32,000 nt of DNA from the NCBI GenBank assembly GCA_025839675.1, contig CP104013.1, forward strand, positions 4,410,001-4,442,000, written 5' to 3'. Positions 14,904 through 22,963 of this stretch are shown here, one piece after another. The notes beneath the pieces were generated by a model. It was not told where the DNA came from and ran no database searches. It saw nothing but the letters and a program-made list of their open reading frames with translations. The DNA comes from Candidatus Lokiarchaeum ossiferum. Its GTDB lineage: Archaea > Asgardarchaeota > Lokiarchaeia > Sigyniarchaeales > Promethearchaeaceae. The position numbers and the translations under genes are program-made. The stretch's first letter is position 1. The number at the start of each line of letters is the position of its first letter.

Positions 14904-16163
14904 ATGAAAAAAAACGCTTTGCCAATTGGGGAACAGGAATCTGATAATGGGTTCTTTTGTGATTGTTGTGGCTCATCCAGCGTGTTTCATGATGAATTTG
15001 GTCATTTTGTGTGCCATGATTGCGGGTTATGTTGTGAAGATCCTGTAATCAACGCTTCCTTAGCTCCCTTGAATAAAAATCGGGAAGGAATCCTTCTCAT
15101 GCATCATTCTACCAAAATCGGAGAAGGTACTTTGATAGGTTCCAAGAAGGAACGTTCATCACGAAAATTTGCTCGCTTATCTCGATTACAAAATATTTGT
15201 AATACTACTCCAAAAGATTCGGCTTATATCCATTTTAATCAATTGTGTGCTGAATTTGATATCGTTTTAGATATGTCCCTCTTTATGAATCTTTTTGAAA
15301 AATTGTTTCACAAGATGCCTGCTTGTACGAAAGCACGTAATATTTCCAAATTTTGTACGACCCTTTTTATTATTGTTTGCCGGAAATTTGGTCAAGACTT
15401 TGAAATAAAAAAAGTCTTAGACTTTGCCCAAATGGGTTTGAAGGATTACTATGCAATTCGTCGTCCAATCCATAATGTTGAGCCAAATACAGATCGTCTT
15501 TCAGTGAAGGATTTGGAAAATTTCTCGGTGAAACTTATTTCTCGACTGGTGGATCAATATGAGCTGGGTTTTACAGTATTTCGCCTAACAAAACACCTTA
15601 TCCGAAATTATCGTCAATATTTAGGGGAGAAGGTTCGTATAATCGCAGGTTCTGCTTTAATTGTTGCCTTAGAATATTTAAAACATCCAATTAAATTGAG
15701 TGCTTTCCAAATTTCCAAAGATTTAGGTGTTTCTGCCTCTACAGTATATACTCGTAAGAAACAATTTCCAATGGAAAAATTGCAGTGGAATTCTGAATTA
15801 GAAGAAACAAAAACTATTAATTTATCACCCAAATTAAAAACTGACTTAGTTGGAGCTTTGAATCAAAACGTTAATTCTATTGTATCGGCAAACTCTATTA
15901 TTAAATCGAACAAAATTCGAGGAGATTTGAAAAATCCAACCCAATGTGGTTCAATCAATACATCCTTCAAATTTCATTTGAATAGCATTATATCAATTCC
16001 ATTACAAAATTATTATGGAAATTGGCTTAATCTCATATTAAGAGCAAAAAACTATTCTGATTTGTTTTTATACTCAAGTCACGTTCCCTTAATATCTCCT
16101 CTTAGTTGGACTAAGAATTCAATCAATAGTAATGCAAATAGAGGAGAGTTTCATTCGTCTTGA
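14904..16163 (+). CDS. Transcription factor B (TFIIB)-family protein, divergent, with a roughly 120-aa Asn/Ser-rich C-terminal extension
   Basis: N-terminal zinc ribbon C-x2-C-x14-C-x2-C (CDCCGSSSVFHDEFGHFVCHDCG, 14958-15023). A 'ARLSRLQ' linker. Cyclin-fold-like helices. An HTH-like 'ISKDLGVSASTVYTRKKQF', comparable to the TFB C-terminal helix. Confidence 0.65.
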   Translation: MKKNALPIGEQESDNGFFCDCCGSSSVFHDEFGHFVCHDCGLCCEDPVINASLAPLNKNREGILLMHHSTKIGEGTLIGSKKERSSRKFARLSRLQNICNTTPKDSAYIHFNQLCAEFDIVLDMSLFMNLFEKLFHKMPACTKARNISKFCTTLFIIVCRKFGQDFEIKKVLDFAQMGLKDYYAIRRPIHNVEPNTDRLSVKDLENFSVKLISRLVDQYELGFTVFRLTKHLIRNYRQYLGEKVRIIAGSALIVALEYLKHPIKLSAFQISKDLGVSASTVYTRKKQFPMEKLQWNSELEETKTINLSPKLKTDLVGALNQNVNSIVSANSIIKSNKIRGDLKNPTQCGSINTSFKFHLNSIISIPLQNYYGNWLNLILRAKNYSDLFLYSSHVPLISPLSWTKNSINSNANRGEFHSS

Positions 16164-16244
16164 GCTTTTTTGTAAATAGCATTAAAAATTTTTAAATAGA
16201 AAATGATTATCTTTTTTTCCTTAAACTTTAAACTATTAAATAAC

Positions 16245-16712
16245 ATGAACGATAGAAATCTGGAATTCATTGGAAAACAATGGTTTGAAGTAATGTGGAG
16301 TCTCCCTGACTTAGATTTAGCAGATGAGTTGGTTGACACTTCTTATCATCCTGATTGGATTCAGATGGATAAGCAAGGCCCTGCCCTAGTTCAACATGAA
16401 ATTAGATATTTTCGTTCCATTTTTCCTGATTTATCCTACAATATCTTGGAGATGAAAGCAGATGAAAACAAAGTATGGGTATGGTATCGGGGAACTGGAA
16501 CTCAAGAAGGTGCTGGATGGGGGTTCAAACCTACTGGAAAAACCATTTCTTTTGAAGGTGCTGCAATTATTTATGTAAATTTCGAGGGAAAAGTTAGTAA
16601 TCTCAAAGATGCGTTCTCTTTTTATGACATTTTTGTGGATTTGGGTGTAATTCCTCCATTTTGGGAATTGTATTCTCATCTTAAAGATTTTCCCAAAAAA
16701 AAGGGGCTTTAA
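16245..16712 (+). CDS. SnoaL-like / predicted ester cyclase (NTF2-like fold) protein
   Basis: Starting at ATG 16245 (MNDRNLEFIGKQWFEVMW...), the size and pattern (W-rich N-terminal helix, 'FEGAAIIYVNFEGKV') resemble the predicted ester-cyclase family. Assigned from memory only. Confidence 0.4.
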   Translation: MNDRNLEFIGKQWFEVMWSLPDLDLADELVDTSYHPDWIQMDKQGPALVQHEIRYFRSIFPDLSYNILEMKADENKVWVWYRGTGTQEGAGWGFKPTGKTISFEGAAIIYVNFEGKVSNLKDAFSFYDIFVDLGVIPPFWELYSHLKDFPKKKGL

Positions 16713-16714
16713 GA

Positions 16715-17605
16715 TTATTCAGCTTTCCAAGAAATTGTATATTTCCATTCGCGGGTGGAAGGAATTTCAGGGTTATTAAATAACCAATGTCCCGATACGC
16801 TCCGTTCTTGCATAGTAAGGTCAAAATGGCAGACTGCAATGCCTATGTCAAGTTTTCGCATTTTTTGATACGCCTTAGCCATTTTACTATCTTCATTTAG
16901 TATGTAAAAATGAAATAGATCGAGTTTCTCATCCTTAACTATACGCCATGGTTGTTTATTACTTGCTGAAGGGCCGAGTCGAACATTTTCCAAAGCCTGT
17001 TTGTATTCTTCTCTTGTTTCTGTTACTAAAGGTGTTGTGGCATCATTCAGGAAAAATAATTTATTCCAATCAAGACGTTTTTTAGCCTTTATGGCTTTGC
17101 GAATAATATTTTCTTTGATTCTTCGCTTTTTGGGCAATCCAATTGGAACTATTGCTGGGATTATTTCATTTTCTTTCAAGGTCAATTGTTGTGCAAAATT
17201 CGACTTATTAAATGTTCCTCCCAACCAACAAGTCCCTAATTTCATCTCGGTAGCTGCAAGGATAATGTATTCTAATAAATATCCACAGTTTTCCCAACTA
17301 TACTTGGATTCAGATATTGTGCTTAGAATAAAATGTTGTGCACCTTTAATCATTCCGTAGGTACCATATTGTTTTTTTTCCGAGCCAGCAACATCTGTCA
17401 TGTCAAACCATGAAAAACGGCAATTTCCTCCAAATGGACTTGTGATATTTTTACATTCAAACATTTCTTTCAATTTATCCTGTAGTGGGCTAGAAATTGG
17501 TGTCTCCTCAAAAGTACGCCATGATGTACGTTTCAAGATCAGACTATCTAAAGAAGTTGAAAACATATATAAAAAAAAGTTTGTTTCCCATAAGAACGTC
17601 ATCAT
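16715..17605 (-). CDS. Nitroreductase-family protein (TM1586-like)
   Basis: 'LKRTSWRTF' near the N-terminus and 'GPSASNKQPWRIV'. The start may instead be Met14 (ATG at 17566). Confidence 0.65.
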   Translation of the reverse strand: MMTFLWETNFFLYMFSTSLDSLILKRTSWRTFEETPISSPLQDKLKEMFECKNITSPFGGNCRFSWFDMTDVAGSEKKQYGTYGMIKGAQHFILSTISESKYSWENCGYLLEYIILAATEMKLGTCWLGGTFNKSNFAQQLTLKENEIIPAIVPIGLPKKRRIKENIIRKAIKAKKRLDWNKLFFLNDATTPLVTETREEYKQALENVRLGPSASNKQPWRIVKDEKLDLFHFYILNEDSKMAKAYQKMRKLDIGIAVCHFDLTMQERSVSGHWLFNNPEIPSTREWKYTISWKAE

Positions 17606-17665
17606 TGGAAATTATAAACATAAGAAAATTTTCCGACTTTTTATAGTTTGGTTTTAAAAATTGTT

Positions 17666-17866
17666 ATGGCAATTGCTTCCAAACTTGCTTTTAATATTGC
17701 AACTGCAGATTTTCTTTTGATTTGTTCTTTTTGTCGGAAGGTAAAGTTAGATGGTGTTTGGACTTCGTTCTCATCTGAAGAGGAAGCGATCTTTCATGGT
17801 CGTTTTTCCCACGGCTTGTGTCCTAAATGTATGCAACTTTACTATCCAGAATTTGTAGATGATTAA
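17666..17866 (+). CDS. Small Cys/His-rich (putative zinc-binding) protein with an N-terminal hydrophobic helix
   Basis: 'ICSFCRKVKLDGVWTSF...FSHGLCPKCMQLYYPEF' has the form C-x2-C ... SHG-x-C-P-x-C. ATG 17666 is preferred over the TTG at 17648. Confidence 0.55.
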   Translation: MAIASKLAFNIATADFLLICSFCRKVKLDGVWTSFSSEEEAIFHGRFSHGLCPKCMQLYYPEFVDD

Positions 17867-17933
17867 TTACTTGACTACCAATAGAGGTTTTTTTAGGTTA
17901 GGAATCATTTGTGTCTTTGTTTAGGGATAATAA

Positions 17934-18191
17934 ATGACAAATTTCAAATCAACTAAGAAAATGAGACAATTTTCCATCGATTTGGGGACTGCTGGATCTG
18001 TTTCGTACATGATGAATACAGAAACAATTTTTGAAGATTGGCCCTTAGAAATGAAAATGGAATGTTTGAATACAATCCTCATTCTGAAATCTTTAGGGAT
18101 GATCTCTCCGAAAGTCTATGATCAGAAATACAAGAAAATTGTCGAAGAATATTCGTTAGATCTTCAAGATTTGCTTCAATTCATTAAATAG
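17934..18191 (+). CDS. Hypothetical protein (85 aa)
   Basis: ORF on the same strand between two other small genes. I recognise no motif. Confidence 0.4.
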   Translation: MTNFKSTKKMRQFSIDLGTAGSVSYMMNTETIFEDWPLEMKMECLNTILILKSLGMISPKVYDQKYKKIVEEYSLDLQDLLQFIK

Positions 18192-18287
18192 TAAATATTT
18201 TTCTCAATTTTATTTTAAATTTAATTTTACTCCGAATTGGAATGTAATTCTCTTAAGGAATTGCACATAAAGTAAAAATTAATTCTT

Positions 18288-19178
18288 ATGGCTTTAAAAA
18301 CTTCCATGAAAATATATGATATGGATCATCATCGCCAATCATTTTTTGGGCAAAAAACAGGATTGTTATTGGATTCTGCTAACATCACAGATCCTTTTAT
18401 TTATCTACGGTTTTTGCAGAAAAAACCTTCTGGTCAATGGGAAAAGCCTTCCCAAAAAGAAGGAAAGAATATCAAGTTGAATTTATTGGAAATTATTCAA
18501 GTCATACGAATTTTCTCCTCGGAAACGGCAAAATGGTCAACGGTTCACAAATTTGGGGATGAAAACACCTCGATTACTGTGGAACGTTCTAATGGGACTG
18601 TGAACTTCTTTGTCTCGGGGTATAATAAGTATTTTAAATATCCTGAAACGAAATTATTTGCAGATTTGCTCGATCATATTTATCATGAAAAAATTGAAAA
18701 TGCCACTGGGTCAAAACAGAATCAAATTTCTCAATCTAATATTTCTGCCTCTTCAATTCATTCTTCTTCTTCTGTAACTCCAAATATCCCAACTAAAAAC
18801 ATCTCTTCTTCATCACAATCTTCTATGCAAACAACCCCCTCTTATTCAGATCAAATTACCCAATTGAAATCTGCCCCCATTGAATACCCTCCAGAATTAG
18901 ATGATATTCCTCCCACACCATCCACCTCTCCAAAGCTATCTTTTACTCCCGAGGAATGGTTTAATGCTTTACAGCAAAAAGAAGAATTTCGTTTAGTTCC
19001 AGGGGATGTGATTAGAACTAGTGGGAAAGCTCTTGCGTTCCAAATTTTGGGACATAATGAAATATGGGTGCCGAACTCATGTGTAAATAATGTTAATGAT
19101 TCATCTACTCACGGTTTGTGGATAAAAGAATGGTTTCTTAAAAAAAAAATAGATGACATTTTTTCTACTTCAGCTTAG
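18288..19178 (+). CDS. Hypothetical two-domain protein: N-terminal beta-rich domain (possibly Whirly/PUR-like), Ser/Pro-rich linker, C-terminal small beta domain
   Basis: 296-aa ORF. The low-complexity linker runs 'SNISASSIHSSSSVTPNIPTKNISSSSQSS...PPTPSTSP'. The N-terminal pattern is 'FIYLRFLQKKPSGQWEKPS..KNIKLNLLEIIQVIRIF...STVHKF..TSITVERSNGTVNFFVSG..YFKYPETKLFADLLDHI'. Confidence 0.5.
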   Translation: MALKTSMKIYDMDHHRQSFFGQKTGLLLDSANITDPFIYLRFLQKKPSGQWEKPSQKEGKNIKLNLLEIIQVIRIFSSETAKWSTVHKFGDENTSITVERSNGTVNFFVSGYNKYFKYPETKLFADLLDHIYHEKIENATGSKQNQISQSNISASSIHSSSSVTPNIPTKNISSSSQSSMQTTPSYSDQITQLKSAPIEYPPELDDIPPTPSTSPKLSFTPEEWFNALQQKEEFRLVPGDVIRTSGKALAFQILGHNEIWVPNSCVNNVNDSSTHGLWIKEWFLKKKIDDIFSTSA

Positions 19179-19445
19179 CTTCTTAGGTTGAAACATTCCC
19201 TTTTTAACGGGAATCCACCATGTGTAGCCGAAGATTAGACAGTAAATTATGATGCGACTTGGTGTATAATGTGTGGATTTAGTGAGTATTTTTCCTAACA
19301 GCAGTAATTCGAGACCATGAAGCCCAAGAAGGACTAGCAAAGGCCAAAAAATCATATTTATAATAGCCAAGATTAAAAAAAATATCCACAATCCTACTAC
19401 CAGTCCTTCTTGCACTCTCCAAAGAGTCTTGTTGGTAAATTTCAT
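19170..19445 (-). CDS. Small integral membrane protein (about 3 TM helices)
   Basis: 91 aa and strongly hydrophobic. Its ATG overlaps the stop of the upstream DUF362 gene by 1 nt (TAATG on the minus strand). Confidence 0.55.
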   Translation of the reverse strand: MKFTNKTLWRVQEGLVVGLWIFFLILAIINMIFWPLLVLLGLHGLELLLLGKILTKSTHYTPSRIIIYCLIFGYTWWIPVKKGMFQPKKLS

Positions 19446-21097
19446 TATAATTCTAACCTTTCCAACTTGAGAAATTTCTTTTTTTGTAGATTTGTCATTT
19501 CAGGAAACGGCCATTCAATAAATTGTTGATTTTGTTCTTCCTGTGTTATAATTCTTGGTTGGTAAATACGATCCTCGGTTTCTAACGGACAATCGAGCCA
19601 AATTCCTTTACGGATCAATTTGGATCGAACTCTCCATGTTTTTAACATTCCTTGCAACATTCTACCCAGTTGACGGTTTTTAAATGGATTGAGGATATAA
19701 TTTTTAATTCTTAACACCTTAAACAATGCTAATAACGGATCCAACGGTTTTGGCATACATCCCTCAAGGAATATGTCTGTCTTTTCTTTTAACCAAGAAG
19801 TACAACTTCCCATTGCTATTGTAATTCCGGGGAGTTCTTGAATTTTGTCTTTCGAATAGAAATGGCCAAGATTGTCAATATAATAGTGATCATTTTTAAT
19901 TTTAAGCCCTCCCCCAATTATTACATTTAAATCAAAATCTGTACGATGACCCATATATCGAATGTATTCTAAAGCCGTAATTATTGATGGGACGCACCCC
20001 CCATCACATGCGGTACTTATCTGAGTTTGTTGAATCGAAGTTAATTGCTCCAAATCTTCAAGCGAATCGAATGTTGGGGCAGTATTTTTAGAATGTCCTA
20101 CATAAAAATGAACATTAGGATATGTATGTTTCATTTTCCTAGCAAAAACATTCCGAATTGCAGCTCGAAATGGAATTAGGGGTTCTTCACCAATTATTTT
20201 GACTTTATCATCCCCGAACCCGAGTTTTGTTGCTTCAGTTATTAATTGAATTGCATCGGGATCATGCCCTATAATTCGAGTTGCAACCCGATCTGTCTCC
20301 ACACTATTAGTACCACTAATTATAACTCGAGAATCCACAGGATCGACTGGAGCAGGTGTGTTGCCTTCCCCGCCGACAATACCATCAATGATTACCAGAT
20401 CAGGTTCAAACAAATAGAGCATATCAACTAATTTTTTGTTAATTTGGTAATTATGATTTCGTTGCCGTAAGTTATAGGGAATTATTCCCATTGCATTTTT
20501 GAACCCGAGCGTAACTCCAGTATAGAGATTAGTTTTCAGTTTAGGTATTGAGATGTAAAATGCTTCTCCTGTCACCACTTCATGAAACACATCGGGAACG
20601 ATAATTTCTTTCATTACCTGAGCTTGAGGGAGAATGTATCGTTTCATGGGTCGTTCTTCCAAAGGTATCAATTTAAGCTGGTGATGCTTTGCAATTTTAT
20701 TCAATCCGCTAATTTTAAAGCTGGATCGAGTTGGCATTCCTCGACCAGAAGATTCAGCAATAATAATTTCTTTTGCGTAAGGTTTGACAAATTGGACAAT
20801 GGCATCAATAACTCTTGGATCCGTCGACTCGGGGTAGTTATCTTCAACAAATCCACATTTATGAAAAACACTGACTAAATTAGGTTTGAGAATAACCTTC
20901 TTTCCAGTGAGTTTCTTAATGAAGTGCGTACTATCATCTAAAGAAGTAAGATTATTGAAAATTGTTTCTCGAATTGCCTTAATATCAGACCGATCAAAAT
21001 AAGAGGGAGTTCCATAATTTTTTGGCAATGCCACATAATTTTTCTGATAATCTAAGGGAGGAGCACGTGAAATTACTACTGCATTCGTTTTGTTCAT
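19445..21097 (-). CDS. DUF362-domain protein with a roughly 230-aa C-terminal extension
   Basis: 'KVILKPNLV', 'DPRVIDAIVQFV', 'IIIAESSG' and 'VIIDGIVGGEGNTPAP' match the DUF362 pattern as I recall it. Start taken at Met20 (ATG 21097); the ORF is open to 21154. Confidence 0.6.
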   Translation of the reverse strand: MNKTNAVVISRAPPLDYQKNYVALPKNYGTPSYFDRSDIKAIRETIFNNLTSLDDSTHFIKKLTGKKVILKPNLVSVFHKCGFVEDNYPESTDPRVIDAIVQFVKPYAKEIIIAESSGRGMPTRSSFKISGLNKIAKHHQLKLIPLEERPMKRYILPQAQVMKEIIVPDVFHEVVTGEAFYISIPKLKTNLYTGVTLGFKNAMGIIPYNLRQRNHNYQINKKLVDMLYLFEPDLVIIDGIVGGEGNTPAPVDPVDSRVIISGTNSVETDRVATRIIGHDPDAIQLITEATKLGFGDDKVKIIGEEPLIPFRAAIRNVFARKMKHTYPNVHFYVGHSKNTAPTFDSLEDLEQLTSIQQTQISTACDGGCVPSIITALEYIRYMGHRTDFDLNVIIGGGLKIKNDHYYIDNLGHFYSKDKIQELPGITIAMGSCTSWLKEKTDIFLEGCMPKPLDPLLALFKVLRIKNYILNPFKNRQLGRMLQGMLKTWRVRSKLIRKGIWLDCPLETEDRIYQPRIITQEEQNQQFIEWPFPEMTNLQKKKFLKLERLEL

Positions 21098-21230
21098 AGA
21101 TTTCCATCTTTCTTCTGTTTTTTTTCTTAAAAAAGATATCCAGATAAAACTCATTAAAAAAAGTGAAAAAACAACGTGTTAGAATTTAAATAATGCAAAA
21201 TTTAAATGCGATTTCCCTTTTTCATTGCCT

Positions 21231-22433
21231 ATGAAAAGCCAAAATCCTCAGTTGAAATCATATTTTTCTAAAGATTTTCTGATGGTTTATATGATATTTT
21301 TCTGGTTTTACATGATCAAAGAAATCATTGTGAATAATTTTCAGCTAATTTATGGTATAAATGAGATCGTGGATAATTTCTTCGCTCTATCTCAAATATC
21401 CATAGTTTTATTACCATTTGTAATTCTAAAATTAAGTAATAAATTTGGAAATATTCTCCCTGTAAAAATAGTCATGTTATTTTATTCTTTGATAGGATTA
21501 TTTTTTCTTTTCCATACGCAAACTATGTTAATCTACATCTTCATTTTACCAATAATTACTCGTTTTGTTAACAATTCGTTAAATCCTTGGATTATAAAGA
21601 AGTCTGTAGATGTGAAATTAAGTACCACTTTTGCGCTTAGAGATCTCTTCATGTATTTAGGATTTGGTATTGCATCTGTGGTGAGCTTAATCATGGCTGG
21701 AGATGTAAAAAATAACCGTGCTCCAATCATTGGTAGTGTATTTATTGTATTTTTTTTAACATTTCTAATGTTATTCCTTAAAAATGATAATCTGAAGAAT
21801 GAAATTAAAATTGACCACTTATCTGAAATTCCAAATAATACATTTGATATCAAATCTTTTAAAGAATTATCAAATAAACGAGTGTTTCTTGCTTTTTTAA
21901 TTATCGAGTGTTTAATTTCATGGATCTTAATGACCAGTATACAATTGGTTCGAATTTTGGATTCATATGATCTTAGTCAGCGCTTGATTTTTTCGTCTCT
22001 TTCAATATCGTATTTACTCGTAGGGATTATCAGCACAATTTTATCTTTATTTCCAATAAAATCGGAGAACAAGAAAAAAATATATCTATTTGATTTAATT
22101 TTTGATGTTATACCATTCTCAATGTTTCTTTTATCCCAAGGGAATCAAATTGTTAGGGTGATCGCCATATTCTTACTTATTGCCCGAGATTTTGTAAAAC
22201 CATTTAGCATGGATTATATATATTCTTGTTTTGATAAAACAGAAATAAATTATGTTTGGGGTATTGTAGGTGTAATTCCTGCCTTAATTGCAGCGATTAC
22301 GACTTCTCTCGTTGGGAAAATCGATGGTATTGCTCAGTTTAACGTGATGTTGATTGTTTCAATTGGTCTTGCAATTACCTGCACTATTGTTGCCATTGTT
22401 TGGCTACCAAAATCGTCAGCGAAAGATTGCTAA
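21231..22433 (+). CDS. Polytopic membrane protein, MFS-like transporter
   Basis: About 12 hydrophobic segments with a central hydrophilic loop (NDNLKNEIKIDHLSEIPNNTFDIKSFKELSNKR). ATG 21231 is preferred over the TTG at 21225. Confidence 0.4.
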   Translation: MKSQNPQLKSYFSKDFLMVYMIFFWFYMIKEIIVNNFQLIYGINEIVDNFFALSQISIVLLPFVILKLSNKFGNILPVKIVMLFYSLIGLFFLFHTQTMLIYIFILPIITRFVNNSLNPWIIKKSVDVKLSTTFALRDLFMYLGFGIASVVSLIMAGDVKNNRAPIIGSVFIVFFLTFLMLFLKNDNLKNEIKIDHLSEIPNNTFDIKSFKELSNKRVFLAFLIIECLISWILMTSIQLVRILDSYDLSQRLIFSSLSISYLLVGIISTILSLFPIKSENKKKIYLFDLIFDVIPFSMFLLSQGNQIVRVIAIFLLIARDFVKPFSMDYIYSCFDKTEINYVWGIVGVIPALIAAITTSLVGKIDGIAQFNVMLIVSIGLAITCTIVAIVWLPKSSAKDC

Positions 22434-22453
22434 AAAAGTGTGGTAGAATTGAT

Positions 22454-22855
22454 TTAATTATGGTGTTCTTCAAGCTGACGACTTAACGCTTGACACTTCC
22501 CTATCCAACACTTTTCATATGTTTCAGTATCTACAATTTTATGTTTCAGATCCTCTACATGGAAAATTTTCTCATCTTGGCACCATTGAATACAAATTTC
22601 GTACATCTTCCAGTCATATTCTTCAGTTTCCCAATAAACCGGTACTTTTTTTAAACCATTCTTAGAGGCTAAGAATGCCCGGGTGTGTCCATCCAGAAAT
22701 ACTGTTTTTTCCCCAAATTTTCGTATTGAAATTGGAGGAATGTTTTCCAAAGCAAAGGGATTGATTTGGTTTTCTAAGGTTTTGATTTTATCTTGATTTA
22801 GAAACAATTGGCTTGGAGTCAAATCTGCTAAATCCATGTAGAATGTTTTCTCCAT
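22454..22855 (-). CDS. ParB/sulfiredoxin-fold (ParB-like nuclease domain) protein
   Basis: 'LTPSQLFLNQDKI' and 'VFLDGHTRAFLASKNG' resemble the ParB-N/Srx core (DGhHR-type motif). The C-terminal half is Cys/Trp-rich. Confidence 0.45.
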   Translation of the reverse strand: MEKTFYMDLADLTPSQLFLNQDKIKTLENQINPFALENIPPISIRKFGEKTVFLDGHTRAFLASKNGLKKVPVYWETEEYDWKMYEICIQWCQDEKIFHVEDLKHKIVDTETYEKCWIGKCQALSRQLEEHHN

Positions 22856-22963
22856 AGGTTTGAAAGTTCATAATAGGTTAAAAAATTTCTAACACAAGAT
22901 TTTCCTTTTTTATAGATTCATAAAATAAGATTGTAGATATATGGGATCGGAGGATTTGGCTTT

